Part shown: in pieces, positions 54,131 through 64,000 of the stretch | Numbering within the stretch: position 1 is the first letter of the stretch | Layout: every line of letters begins with the position of its first letter | From: Cyanidioschyzon merolae | Lineage: Eukaryota | NCBI GenBank assembly: GCA_000091205.1 | Contig: AP006484.2 | Length of the DNA stretch: 64,000 nt | Reading direction: 5' to 3' (one strand) | Translations under genes and position numbers: made by a program | Notes under the pieces: model-generated | Database searches by the model: none | Told to the model about the DNA's origin: nothing | Seen by the model: only the letters and a program-made list of their open reading frames with translations

Positions 54131-55080
54131 CTTCGGGCTTTTTCTTTCCTCGTAAATCCGGCGACACGAATTGTCCCGCCAACGAGTGCGTTGAAATAGA
54201 AAGTTCGAAAGCTGAGAGCACGCATGATCTGTGCAAGCGACTCGTGAGGAACGAGGAAAACAGGACATTTTTTGGAACAAATTGTTTAGTATTATAGGTT
54301 ATTTTACGAGCCCTTGCTCGAGCGCGTCGCGAATCATCTTGATGACGGGAAGGCATCGAATTCCGGTGGCGGAGACTCGAGGAAGTCACCCCGCATACCT
54401 GATGCAGAATTTGGAAACTGCATTTTAGTTCGTGACCTCCTACAGCAGCACATCGAAGACAACTGCGGCGGATCTAAAAATCATTCGAGCAAAATACCAC
54501 AAGTCACGAACATCGTGATTAGTTCTGTGTTTCATTTCCATTTGACACTGATGTAGCCACGCACCGTTGCTCGCTTCACAGAAGGGGGCGTAGCTCGTGT
54601 CGTCCGCTAGCTCCAGTGCGAGAATGCCCAGTGGGTCCAACGCCAGTCGGCACGCAAGGCTTGTAAGCGAGAAAAGAGTCACTCTGCTGGTGAATTTACA
54701 CCGAGGCCAGAAGAACCGCCCTCATGCGGTGACTGCTGTGGAAAAAAAGGTCCAGACCCTGGCACTACGCTGATACCTCACCGATCCCTGTCGAGCATCC
54801 GTCACACCGTCGCACATAGAAACTGACCGGCACACGCACCTCAGATCGTACAGGAACGGGAACAAGTAGAACCGGATGGATCTCCAGGCATTCGAACGAG
54901 CACCTACATCCAGCGGCACTGCGGCGCAAGGCACATGACTTGAACAGCGAACCCGAAGCGCACGAGTGCACCATGCTTGAAATAGTCATTTTGTTCATGG
55001 TTACTTTGCAGGCTCATGATTCCTTTTGCCGATCGCTGCGTGACTCGGTTATACAGAGAATGCTAGACCGTCTTTTTTAT

Positions 55081-58000
55081 TCACTGAAGACCAAAGCCCT
55101 GCGCATTCTTTATCGCTGTGTCCAGCATTGCACGCATTTTCTCTCGAGACGAGTAATCCGGCAAAAGCAAAACGTTGAAGCACGTATGCGCAGTCGGTAA
55201 TCGGTCTGTGTCTGCACCTGCTCGCTGGATAACAAAGTGCAGTTTGCCCAGGCCACCCACCGGGGCGCGGTCGGAGCCAGTGACAAAGGCTAGTAACCTG
55301 CGCCGATCATCCTCCTTCATGTTGTCGTGAACAATGGACCAAAACCACCGAACAGCCAGCGACTCCGACGTGTATCCACCTTCGTATTTGGTGACGCGCT
55401 CAAGAGCGTGAAAATCAAGTTCTGGTTCACCTCGAACGACAATCTCCAGTTCGTCTGGCGAAAACAGCATGAGCGCTACGCCCCGGGAAAGCATCATCGA
55501 AAATCCCGCCGCGAACGCGTCAAACTGTTCGCGAACAGAGTCAACGAGGAGATATCTGGCATATAATCGCACGAACTCTTGCCTATTTTCTCTCGTGACA
55601 GGAATATTTCGGCCATTCGGAACAAGATCGTAAGTGCGGATTTCGCCCCAGTAGTTATAATCAATGGAGAAGGTCAAACCGAAAACGTCCTCGACAGGCT
55701 CCTTGCCTTCGTACGCCAGCAGCTGCTGTAGCGACTGCGCTACTCGCGGAAAAGCGTCTCGGAGGTCCGCTACGTCCACCGACATACCTAGCAGGCGCTT
55801 GTACAAAATCGGTGGAAAATGCACTTCGAGTATGATGCCGTTGTAAACAGCCAGCCCGATCAGCAACCCAACGAGCATGAATTCGATCTTGGATTCAAAG
55901 CTGTGGGGATTAAACCATATGTATCTCGTCTCGGCGTCGTACTGAAACATCCCGTAATCGGGCGATAGGAGTTTCTCCATGAGCATCATCATGTACTCCT
56001 TGCGAACGCCACCTTCATCGACAGCCGGTTCACCAATGAACTCAACGCGAAGCGGTTTCAACAAATCCCGCGAATCTAGAGATCGGATGCAGACCAGCGT
56101 ATCACTCACGATGTGCTCTCGCCGCACCCTCAGCACGCAGAAGGTGTCAGCTCCGAGCGGCTGCCCGATGATTCCAAAAGGCATCGGCAAAACGTGCTGG
56201 AAAAATGCTTGCATTTGCTCCGAATGCTGTGTGACGCGTGCTTCCTCGTGGAGAATGCGTGCTTTCGCTGCCTGATCGATGAGAAACGGAGCATCCTTGC
56301 AGAATGAGAAGCTCTCGGGGGCTCGACGCCAACGTTCATAGTCAGTCCAAAGGTCGACTATATTCGAAACTGCATCATTATAGAAAACAGTCCGCGGGAG
56401 GCGGTCACCAGCCGCTCGGTGGACTAGTTCCAGAAATTTCGCCGCAGTGATCGTCGCCTGCGATACGCGCTTCGTTGCCCGCAGAGATATAGATATCAGA
56501 TCATTCATCGGTGTTACAAAGCGCTGGATAATCAGCTCTGCTGGAGCCTCCCGCAGCGAGTTAACCACTCGTTCCAAGGCGCCCGTGGTGCAACGCATCA
56601 ACAAGCTCAGTGCGCGCGATAGAAGTGCCGGTGAGCGGTTCTGTGCGTCTGCGTCCGCAAAGATAGGATTCTGAATCAGCGCCAGCATCGCTAGAGCTGC
56701 CTCGGGATACCTACGAGCGGTAGGATCTCGACCGCAGGCTTCTCGTGCATCCACGGGCGGACGATGTTGAACAGGAAAAGGTGGCGTCCAGAGAACGCTC
56801 TCGTTGAACGTCGATGACACATTCGGAGCTTCAGTGTACTCTTGCAGCATCTTGGCATCACCCATTGCCAGGATCGCCAGATACACTTGCTCTCTCGCCA
56901 GGTTATAGAGTGTTGCCTTGGATCTCTGGGGCGTTGCATAGAATCGCTCCACTGCACGCAAATCTATCGAAGGCGCTGGTGAGCCTTTCTGTAAGAATGG
57001 CGAGCCCCTGGGTGCCAGCGGGCGATACACAGGTATCGGCACTTGGCGATCGCTCGGACATACGACGCCGTACGTTCGATTACCGCTCGCACTTACGCCG
57101 CACCAGATAAGCTTCCCGGCATCTGACGCAAGGCTGAGAAGGTTTCTAGTCGCGCCAGCCAGGTGCTCTCCGTCTTCGCTTTCTGGATCGACTTGCAAAG
57201 CAGCTACACGTAAACGAGGCGCCTGGATAGGCAGTGGACGGAGCTTGTCGGAGACGTCACCGTCACCAAGCTGACCCGACTCGCCTGCGCCCCAAGCATA
57301 GAGGGTCCCCTCGGCATCAAGGGCGAGCGAGTGGGAGTCGCCTGCCGCTATAGCGACAATATGTTTGTCAACCAGCGGGCCGTGCACAACGGTCACTGTG
57401 GATATGTCTGCCGTAGAACCATGGCCTAGCTGACCGTTGCGTCCACCACCAACGGAAACGACCTTTCCCGATGCCGTGAGAATCAATGTGTGACGGGCAC
57501 CACATGCGACGTCTACGTAAACGTCATTCGGAAGGGCCAGCGGCACTCTCGTGGGCTGCAGAACAAATGCTGCTCCGTTGGTTGCGGCTGGGTTACCTAG
57601 CTGACCATCTCGGTTGTCTCCAAATGTGAAACACGATCCCGATGAAGTAATCAGCGCAACGTGATACGCACCAGAGGCAATCCTGCACACAGGTTGACCG
57701 TAGAGAGCGTGAATACGCCTTATATTCGTGAGTATGCTGGGCTTTGTCGACACAGTGCCGTCCGGGTTAGTTTCGGCAGGATTGGGGTTCCCTCCAAGGA
57801 AGCATTCGCCCGCCCAGCTGAGCGCCAAAAAGTGATGCCGTCCGGCGGCTACTTGCACGATCTTGTAGTCCCCGAGTTCAGAGACGCGATCGATTTGCAC
57901 CCTACCTTCTTCAGACTGCAGAATATAGTAAAGTGACCCATCGCGCCCTACAGCAAAAGCCACGTGCGCACTGCACGCTACTGAAACGCACTCCGTGGGC

Positions 58001-58437
58001 AGAGCCAACCGCGCCGGGGTCCCCGACTCACTGAGGAAAAACAAGGTACCCGGGCGCGTGAGCACAACCGTAAAATTTGTACCACCCACCGCGTATACTG
58101 GCTCAGGAATGGAGGCTAGAGCCCACTCAGTGGAGCTCGAGAAAGGAGGCTGCAGACGCGGAACTGCAACTACGTTGCCCAGGGACACCGCTCCCCAGAC
58201 GAGGAGGTGCGTTAGCAGCGGTTCGGTCTGGGGCCACTGCACAGTTGCAGCACATGACGCTTCCCCGCGCTCGATTTCAGAATCAGAAACAGACAGACAA
58301 GGCGTCGTCTGCTCCGTAACGCCCTGCGGGGCCGCTTCCGACTCGTCTCCGGAGCTCTGCTTTCGAGCTGCTCCTTCACTACGCTGCTCTGGGTCGGTCA
58401 AGAAAGGTTTTTCGTCCATTACACCTAAATGATGCAC
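55081..58437 (-). CDS. HERC-type E3 ubiquitin ligase (N-terminal RCC1-like repeats + C-terminal HECT domain)
   Basis: Multiple RCC1 blades are present (GRHHFLALSWAGECFLGG, GAYHVALITSSGSCFTFGDNRDGQLG, CGARHTLILTASGKVVSVGGGRNGQLGHG, AAGDSHSLALDAEGTLYAWGAGESGQLGDG). The HECT C-lobe has the catalytic-Cys motif LPTAHTCFNVLLLPDYSSREKMRAMLDTAIKNAQGFGLQ at the C-terminus. The ORF is 1118 aa. Confidence 0.88.
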   Translation of the reverse strand: MHHLGVMDEKPFLTDPEQRSEGAARKQSSGDESEAAPQGVTEQTTPCLSVSDSEIERGEASCAATVQWPQTEPLLTHLLVWGAVSLGNVVAVPRLQPPFSSSTEWALASIPEPVYAVGGTNFTVVLTRPGTLFFLSESGTPARLALPTECVSVACSAHVAFAVGRDGSLYYILQSEEGRVQIDRVSELGDYKIVQVAAGRHHFLALSWAGECFLGGNPNPAETNPDGTVSTKPSILTNIRRIHALYGQPVCRIASGAYHVALITSSGSCFTFGDNRDGQLGNPAATNGAAFVLQPTRVPLALPNDVYVDVACGARHTLILTASGKVVSVGGGRNGQLGHGSTADISTVTVVHGPLVDKHIVAIAAGDSHSLALDAEGTLYAWGAGESGQLGDGDVSDKLRPLPIQAPRLRVAALQVDPESEDGEHLAGATRNLLSLASDAGKLIWCGVSASGNRTYGVVCPSDRQVPIPVYRPLAPRGSPFLQKGSPAPSIDLRAVERFYATPQRSKATLYNLAREQVYLAILAMGDAKMLQEYTEAPNVSSTFNESVLWTPPFPVQHRPPVDAREACGRDPTARRYPEAALAMLALIQNPIFADADAQNRSPALLSRALSLLMRCTTGALERVVNSLREAPAELIIQRFVTPMNDLISISLRATKRVSQATITAAKFLELVHRAAGDRLPRTVFYNDAVSNIVDLWTDYERWRRAPESFSFCKDAPFLIDQAAKARILHEEARVTQHSEQMQAFFQHVLPMPFGIIGQPLGADTFCVLRVRREHIVSDTLVCIRSLDSRDLLKPLRVEFIGEPAVDEGGVRKEYMMMLMEKLLSPDYGMFQYDAETRYIWFNPHSFESKIEFMLVGLLIGLAVYNGIILEVHFPPILYKRLLGMSVDVADLRDAFPRVAQSLQQLLAYEGKEPVEDVFGLTFSIDYNYWGEIRTYDLVPNGRNIPVTRENRQEFVRLYARYLLVDSVREQFDAFAAGFSMMLSRGVALMLFSPDELEIVVRGEPELDFHALERVTKYEGGYTSESLAVRWFWSIVHDNMKEDDRRRLLAFVTGSDRAPVGGLGKLHFVIQRAGADTDRLPTAHTCFNVLLLPDYSSREKMRAMLDTAIKNAQGFGLQ

Positions 58438-58616
58438 AAAAACCGATAAGACTTTATTTGGAGCTTCCCAATGCTTTTCAGTACCTTAACGATAACTCCT
58501 GAGACCCTCAGGAACATGACATTCCAAGGTATTTCCGACTCATCACCCCAAGGTACGCTTGATCTCATTTCTCGCGCTTCGGTAAACTTCGCGGCTTTCG
58601 ATGAGCGCCGATCGCG

Positions 58617-59570
58617 ATGGATGCCCTAACGAAGGCAGTCTGGATGGTTATCGTCATTCAACTCAATTCTGTTTCACACTGCTGTGTGGATTCGTATGCG
58701 TTTTCGGAATTTGTAACAGGCGATCGACATCACGATGCAATGTACCCTATGGATTGTAGACGAATTGCCAGTCGGATGTATTTATCACTGAACAGCGCAT
58801 GGAGGACTGCATTCCTCGTGCAGCTCAGCTGTACCGCGATACTTAGATGGTCGAGGAACTCTTACAGAACCAAGAACCTGCGCCCCATTGTAAAAAACTG
58901 ATATTCTCGAAGACTAATTTCGGTCGATGGCGGAGAACGACGTGTCGTTGAGTTCAATGAAAAGCAAGAATGGACGATAGTAGCCATCATTGTCGTCTCT
59001 GTAGTCCAGCAGCTTGTTCGTGTAGATCTGAAAACACTGGGATACAAGCGCCAACAAGAGTCCTGGTCCACGCACGGCTATCTTCCACCGAAATCGAAAA
59101 GACAGTGTTCCTGGAACGTTCTGGTCGGCACGATACGGGGATTCGTCAGTTCGTTTTCCCGGTCGATGATACTTCCCACGGACGAGACGGTGAGCGCGTT
59201 AAAGGGTATTCGAGGAGATGGAGTCCGTTCACTGTACGATCGAACTCGTGGATAGCGACCACGTCCTGTGTTCTGGCTGCAGTAGACTCAAGTTGCGGCC
59301 TCAGTTTCGCTTGTACAGAAGGTTCATCCAACCGCATCCACTTTGCCGAATCATTGAAGACTTTCCCTGATGTCTGGCGAAGTTCTTCTACTACACAACG
59401 TTGTATTTCTCAATTCCCCATGCGTTTGAGCTTTTACCGATTCTTTTGGAAAACAGCAGCTTTTTATTCCTCCGTACACTCCGTGGTGGGGGTCCACGGA
59501 AGGGCATTTTTTGTGCAAAGTAATATTCGCTGCACTGGGAAAGTCGCTAAAGCGTTCAGCGCAAGGTGAC
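58617..59570 (+). pseudogene. Tc1/mariner-like DDE transposase relic (HTH + DDE blocks)
   Basis: The ORFs 58617-58901 and 58970-59569 are homologous to the relic at 28098-28700. They carry the first DDE block FVFPVDDTSHGRDGERVKGYSRRWSP. See that entry. Confidence 0.55.
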
Positions 59571-59879
59571 GCCAAGGTACATTCCGTCTTTCTTCCGCAA
59601 GTCCTTCTCCCCCGGGAAGGTCCTCACGTAAGAGTAGAAAGAAGTGCGTTCATTGTAAAGAAACAAAAACCCGAGGAAAAGTATTGAGAAGCAAGTCGGG
59701 GATCCCGGAGGCTTGGTGTCGCCGGATTTCCACAAAAAAAAATGTGAAAATCCTCTCCTCGCCGACCATCGAGCGAAGAAGAGCGAGTGACGAAGAGGAA
59801 GAAGAAATGTATTGGGGGATATGCAAGAAAAGATGTTTGTCCAACGGTACGATGACGAGACTGTAATGGCACAGAGGGC

Positions 59880-60070
59880 ACGAGTTCTATGAATCCTTGC
59901 ATCGATGAGTTCCACCGGAGGCAATAAATACATAGAGCTCTTGAATCGGAACTTCAGTGCTGCCATCAACATTAGGAGATGTGCGATCCTGAAGACGAGG
60001 CTCAAAGAGCTGATGCGATCCAACACCATGGGATAGCCTCTCAGGTTCGAATTGTGCCAGGATAAACTAA
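59880..60070 (+). pseudogene. C-terminal fragment of a TnpB/Fanzor-like nuclease (RuvC-III block), immediately downstream of the Tc1-like relic on the same strand
   Basis: The plus-strand translation ...YIELLNRNFSAAINIRRCAILKTRLKELMRSN has the same DxNAAxNIRRCA block as the other copies. The ORF 59556-60164 listed on the minus strand is its antisense. Confidence 0.45.
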
Positions 60071-61549
60071 AAGCAATAGCGGGCGGCCGGTCGAGAAAGG
60101 CTGGCAGGTGTCTGTGAATGGACACGTATTTACCATCCACGTTCGTGAGACATTTTTGTTTCACTGAAATTCATGTTTTTTGCACACACAAGCACACGCT
60201 GCGTCATTCGATAGAAAATTATCGGAAAGCGATGTTGTCCAAAACGGAATAAATGACGGGAGCAAAAACCAGACCCGAGAACGAGTCGAGAAACTGCGAT
60301 TCGTTAATGCTCCCCTCGTGTTAAGCGCTGATGCACCCTTCACCGTTAGCGATCACCTCGACGCCGCAATTCCCAACTCAAGACCAATCTCGATGCAAAC
60401 AGAACAGGAGGGAGCCTCTGCAAGCATATCCCTTTAGAGTTATTATGCAGCTTTTGAGTGCCGTTTGGTGCATAGCCATGAATGGACGCGTATTTTTCTG
60501 ACGAATTGAATCAATCATTTAACGTGACAAGTTTCGAGAACCTCCGGCTTGAGCTCGTAAACAAGCCGCCAATAAACTTAGTCGAGTATGCATTCTCGCC
60601 AATCCAGCGGCGCGAAATGCTGCCCCCACATATTGTCTTGAAGCACCAAGATCGAAAACTTGAAGCATGGGTGATTTGAATAGGCGACACGTAAGGAGTG
60701 GAGAGGACCATATACTAATACACTAGAATCGGGTACTTATTCCCATTATTTTACGAAATCTTGTCCGATTGCGTCGAAATCCACCTTGACTCCGGTGCAG
60801 TAACAAATTCCAGCAGCAAAGCATCAAACGAGCCACCGCGAAAAGACGTCTGAGAATGCTCGAATTCCTTTGATTTCGTAAGGCGTAATTGCTGCACCTC
60901 GAATTCCAAGTGTATATAGTTCTATAAGATAAATAGGAAAGAACTGATCCGCTGGAACAACGTGAACAACTCAGTGTTCCGTTTTTTTCTGACACAGGTG
61001 TTGTCCCCTCTGAGGAGATCATGGGAGCCCGCCCCTTCTCTGCCACGAAACAGCACGATCGCGGTGTCACGCATGAATCGCCAAATGGCGCGCATCTTCG
61101 CCTTGCTGAAGCGTGCATGGTTCAGGTGCGCTCTCTGGGTCTGCATCCCAGCAACTTGAGGGACTTCTACGGCGATAGAGCGTCTCATGGATGCTTGTGC
61201 AAGACACAAGCGCTTAAGGAGACTCGATAATGTCCAGTCAGGTAGTTTTGGACCGGATGAGAGCCTTAGAGGAGTGCGTGAAACGCGCGAGTCTGTGTCC
61301 ACTGGACAGAGGCCTTTGCACTTTAAACTGCCTCGAAATCGGGAAGCTCGAAGTCTCATTATCGCGCAGAATCGTCTTGAAAGCTCCTTGGGTTCAGTGC
61401 AGGTTTCTCGCAAGGACTTGAGCTCAGCTTCTGCGCTTCAGCACGGCCGCTACACGCTTCGGCGGAATCGCGGCCGCGTGCGGTACGCTGACCAGCAGTC
61501 CTCTTCAGAGGAGGTCGCGAGCTCTTCAAATGAGTCTTCCCGAGTGGAA

Positions 61550-64000
61550 ATGAAATATGCAAGGACCAAAAGATCGAGAAGAACCATGCGTAAGTGGTCT
61601 CAAGGTTTCAGCGAGCCTCAGACTCGCCGACGACGTGCGACGTGGAACTCGTCGGACAGCTCTTACGAACCGCAAGAATCTGGGAGGCGCACAGGTAGGC
61701 GGAAAGCTCGAGACTCTTCTGATCTGATTGATAATGAATGTACTTCGAGCGAGGAGGTTAACGCGATGTTCGCTGAGGCGGAAGAGAAGGAACTTGCAGA
61801 AGAGGAAGAGCTCGAGAAACAGATGGAGCGCGAGCATATTGTAGTATCTAGCAGTGACGGTTCGTCGCAGGAATCAGATGACCCTGAAGATGACGATTTC
61901 AAATACCTTGAGCCGCGACGATCCAGGCTGAGAGCGCGACATACGATGATATCGGCAAAACCTGCATTGTCCGCAAGTGGAGCGGAGGCTTGTAGGGAGC
62001 CCCCCTCCGTGGAAAGAGGCACAAAAGGAGGATCAAACAAGACTATAAGAGAGCTCAATACCAGGACAGAACGAGCGTTTGGAGTGAATCCACTGCTTCG
62101 TAGCTTTTCTCGCTCTCGCCCTGTGGACTTGGACTCCGACTCAGACGCTGTGGATCTCGACGAACACACATGGGGTGAACGCGAACGTCGCCGCCTTATC
62201 TCCTCCAAGAACAGTATACAGCCCGTCAACATGGAGCTAGGCGGTACAACGAGTGGTAGCCTCGCCGGAAGGAGCCCCTTTCGTGGTGTCTCTTCAGAGA
62301 ATACGGGTAAGGCTGCTGTTGAACCGGTGAAGATAGACCCAACGCTTAGCTGGGAGCAGATTGGAGGTCTGGACGACTACATTCGAGCGCTCAAAGAAAT
62401 GATTGTTTTACCACTTCTGTATCCCGAGGTCTTTGAGCAGTTCAAGCTGGAGCCACCGAAAGGCGTGCTGTTTCACGGACCTCCTGGCACTGGCAAGACT
62501 TTGATGGCTCGTGTCCTTGCAGCAGCATGCGCGGCAGGTACACGAACTCCAGTAGCATTTTTTATGCGGAACGGTGCAGACTGCCTCTCCAAGTGGGTCG
62601 GAGAAGCGGAACGCCAGCTGAGATTAACCTTTGAGGCGGCCAAATCACACCAGCCAGCGATTATTTTTTTCGACGAAATAGACGGCCTTGCTCCAGTACG
62701 GTCCAGCAAACAAGACCAGATTCATTCGAGCATCGTCTCGACGCTGCTAGGCCTCATGGATGGGTTGGACGCCCGTGGGCAGATCATTGTTATCGGAGCG
62801 ACGAATCGCATCGACGCTGTGGATCCAGCACTACGACGCCCTGGTCGTTTCGATCGTGAATTCGTCTTCAGTTTGCCGAACACCGCAGCCCGCAGACGGA
62901 TACTTGAAATACATACCCGTGACTGGATGGAGCCGCCCCCGCGAGAACTGCTAGATAGCCTGGCAAAGCACACTGCGGGTTATTGCGGTGCGGATCTGAA
63001 AGCGCTCTGCTCTGAGGCTGCCCTTTATGCTCTGCGGCGTCGGTATCCTCAAATATACAATTCGGTGGAAAAGTTACTCATTGATCCACGACGAGTCCAG
63101 GTAGGTGAAAGCGATTTCATCAGTGCGATGTCCATGGTCGTACCGACTGCACACCGCTCTTTGCGCGTTTTTGGTCGACCGCTCGACAAGGAGCAATCCA
63201 TCCTCCTTGGCCACGAGCTGGAAATGATTGTACAGCGCACTCGTGAAATGAGCATGCGTTCTCTGTCAGGCAAAGGAGGGCGGTTGCTGATTTATGGTGC
63301 CCCAGGAAATGGACAGACGATACTGGGGCAAGCCCTACTGCACGAAATGGAGGATCGTGTTCTGTATACCATGGATTTGCCCTCTCTGGTTGCCGATGCG
63401 TCGGCTCGTACACCAGAAGAGGCACTTGTAACGACGTTTCGTGAAGCATTGCGATGCCCGGCTGCTGTCATGTATATACCGCACCTCGAGCTATGGGCAG
63501 GGCAACATCGAGAATTCCTACGGAGTTTGTTGCTCGTGAATTTACGGGACCTACATCGAGACTCGCCTCTCTTTGTGTTCGCGACTGCGGAAACTGACCG
63601 GGATTTGCTTTTAGCAACTCAAGAATCCGCGTCGCTAACAAGATGCGATGATGAAGTCGAACCGGACCTCGCAGAGATCTGTGAATTCTTTGTGGCAGAG
63701 AGCGACGCTGCATACTTTGTAGGGAGTCCACCAGAACATGCGCGTCGGCGCCTGTTCGAACCCCTGATCCAGCAAGCAGCATCACCACCGAGCTGTGAGG
63801 CGGACTCGCGCGAAGCCGCCACCGTCGACCCGCAGGTGCTTGAGGAACTACCGCGCGCACCCATTCCTAATTCCCCAAAAGCAAATCCGCGAGAAAAAGA
63901 TCGTCTCATACAGCGCGAGGAACGCACTCTTCGCGAACTGCGACTTCTTATGCGTGACTTTGTGGAGCGCCTTCTTTCCGATCGAAAGTATAAGCCATTT
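61550..64000 (+). CDS. ATAD2: ATAD2/Yta7-family tandem-AAA+ ATPase (chromatin-associated); 5' portion, the ORF runs off the window
   Basis: The AAA1 domain IDPTLSWEQIGGLDDYIRALKEMIVLPLLYPEVFEQFKLEPPKGVLFHGPPGTGKTLMARVLA...FFMRNGADCLSKWVGEAERQLRLTFEAAKSHQPAIIFFDEIDGLAPVRSSKQDQIHSSIVSTLLGLMDGLDARGQIIVIGATNRIDAVDPALRRPGRFDREFVFSLPN is near-identical in motif order to human ATAD2. The degenerate AAA2 (LLIYGAPGNGQT) follows. An acidic Ser/Asp/Glu-rich N-terminal region precedes them. The frame is open from 61247, with the first ATG at 61550 and no stop before 64000. Confidence 0.9.
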   Translation, partial: MKYARTKRSRRTMRKWSQGFSEPQTRRRRATWNSSDSSYEPQESGRRTGRRKARDSSDLIDNECTSSEEVNAMFAEAEEKELAEEEELEKQMEREHIVVSSSDGSSQESDDPEDDDFKYLEPRRSRLRARHTMISAKPALSASGAEACREPPSVERGTKGGSNKTIRELNTRTERAFGVNPLLRSFSRSRPVDLDSDSDAVDLDEHTWGERERRRLISSKNSIQPVNMELGGTTSGSLAGRSPFRGVSSENTGKAAVEPVKIDPTLSWEQIGGLDDYIRALKEMIVLPLLYPEVFEQFKLEPPKGVLFHGPPGTGKTLMARVLAAACAAGTRTPVAFFMRNGADCLSKWVGEAERQLRLTFEAAKSHQPAIIFFDEIDGLAPVRSSKQDQIHSSIVSTLLGLMDGLDARGQIIVIGATNRIDAVDPALRRPGRFDREFVFSLPNTAARRRILEIHTRDWMEPPPRELLDSLAKHTAGYCGADLKALCSEAALYALRRRYPQIYNSVEKLLIDPRRVQVGESDFISAMSMVVPTAHRSLRVFGRPLDKEQSILLGHELEMIVQRTREMSMRSLSGKGGRLLIYGAPGNGQTILGQALLHEMEDRVLYTMDLPSLVADASARTPEEALVTTFREALRCPAAVMYIPHLELWAGQHREFLRSLLLVNLRDLHRDSPLFVFATAETDRDLLLATQESASLTRCDDEVEPDLAEICEFFVAESDAAYFVGSPPEHARRRLFEPLIQQAASPPSCEADSREAATVDPQVLEELPRAPIPNSPKANPREKDRLIQREERTLRELRLLMRDFVERLLSDRKYKPF

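Noticed and set aside
60040-60062. The GGTTCGAATTG T-loop-like sequence, and similar 'ttcgaa' hits at 21675, 27985 and 36812.
   Set aside because: None has a matching acceptor stem or anticodon arm in the flanks. All lie inside coding sequence or transposon relics. Only the 1674-1781 locus folds as a tRNA.

Overview
This 64-kb window looks like eukaryotic nuclear DNA of roughly 55% GC. It carries about 20 almost entirely intron-free protein genes on both strands, roughly one per 3 kb, and the intergenic spacers are full of decayed transposon relics. Recognisable housekeeping genes include xylulokinase, DNA polymerase delta subunit B, mitochondrial EF-Ts, isopentenyl-diphosphate isomerase, uroporphyrinogen-III C-methyltransferase, a TMEM97/sigma-2-like protein, an Mps1/TTK kinase, a TXNDC9/PhLP3-like thioredoxin-fold protein, a large karyopherin-like HEAT protein, a HERC-type RCC1+HECT E3 ligase and the 5' two-thirds of an ATAD2/Yta7-type AAA ATPase. 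The main result of the hunt is a family of degenerate TnpB/Fanzor-like (OMEGA-type, RuvC + zinc-finger) nuclease genes. There is one frameshifted near-full-length copy, an inverted head-to-head pair that fills a divergent promoter, and three short C-terminal fragments. Two of the fragments sit directly downstream of, and in the same orientation as, Tc1/mariner-like DDE transposase relics. A roughly 750-bp DDE-derived repeat is also present three times. Other notable items are a tRNA-Ser(GCU) gene interrupted by a 26-nt intron in the D-loop, a PF06838 (YnbB, 'aluminium-resistance') PLP-dependent lyase that is mostly bacterial, a three-domain fusion protein (GGCT-like + alpha/beta-hydrolase + PES/ELT-type acyltransferase), and a (CCAG)n microsatellite. 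Every call comes from reading the translations by eye and no database search was run. The organism guess (an intron-poor GC-rich alga-like protist, possibly a Cyanidioschyzon-like red alga given the ectopic tRNA intron) is inference only.
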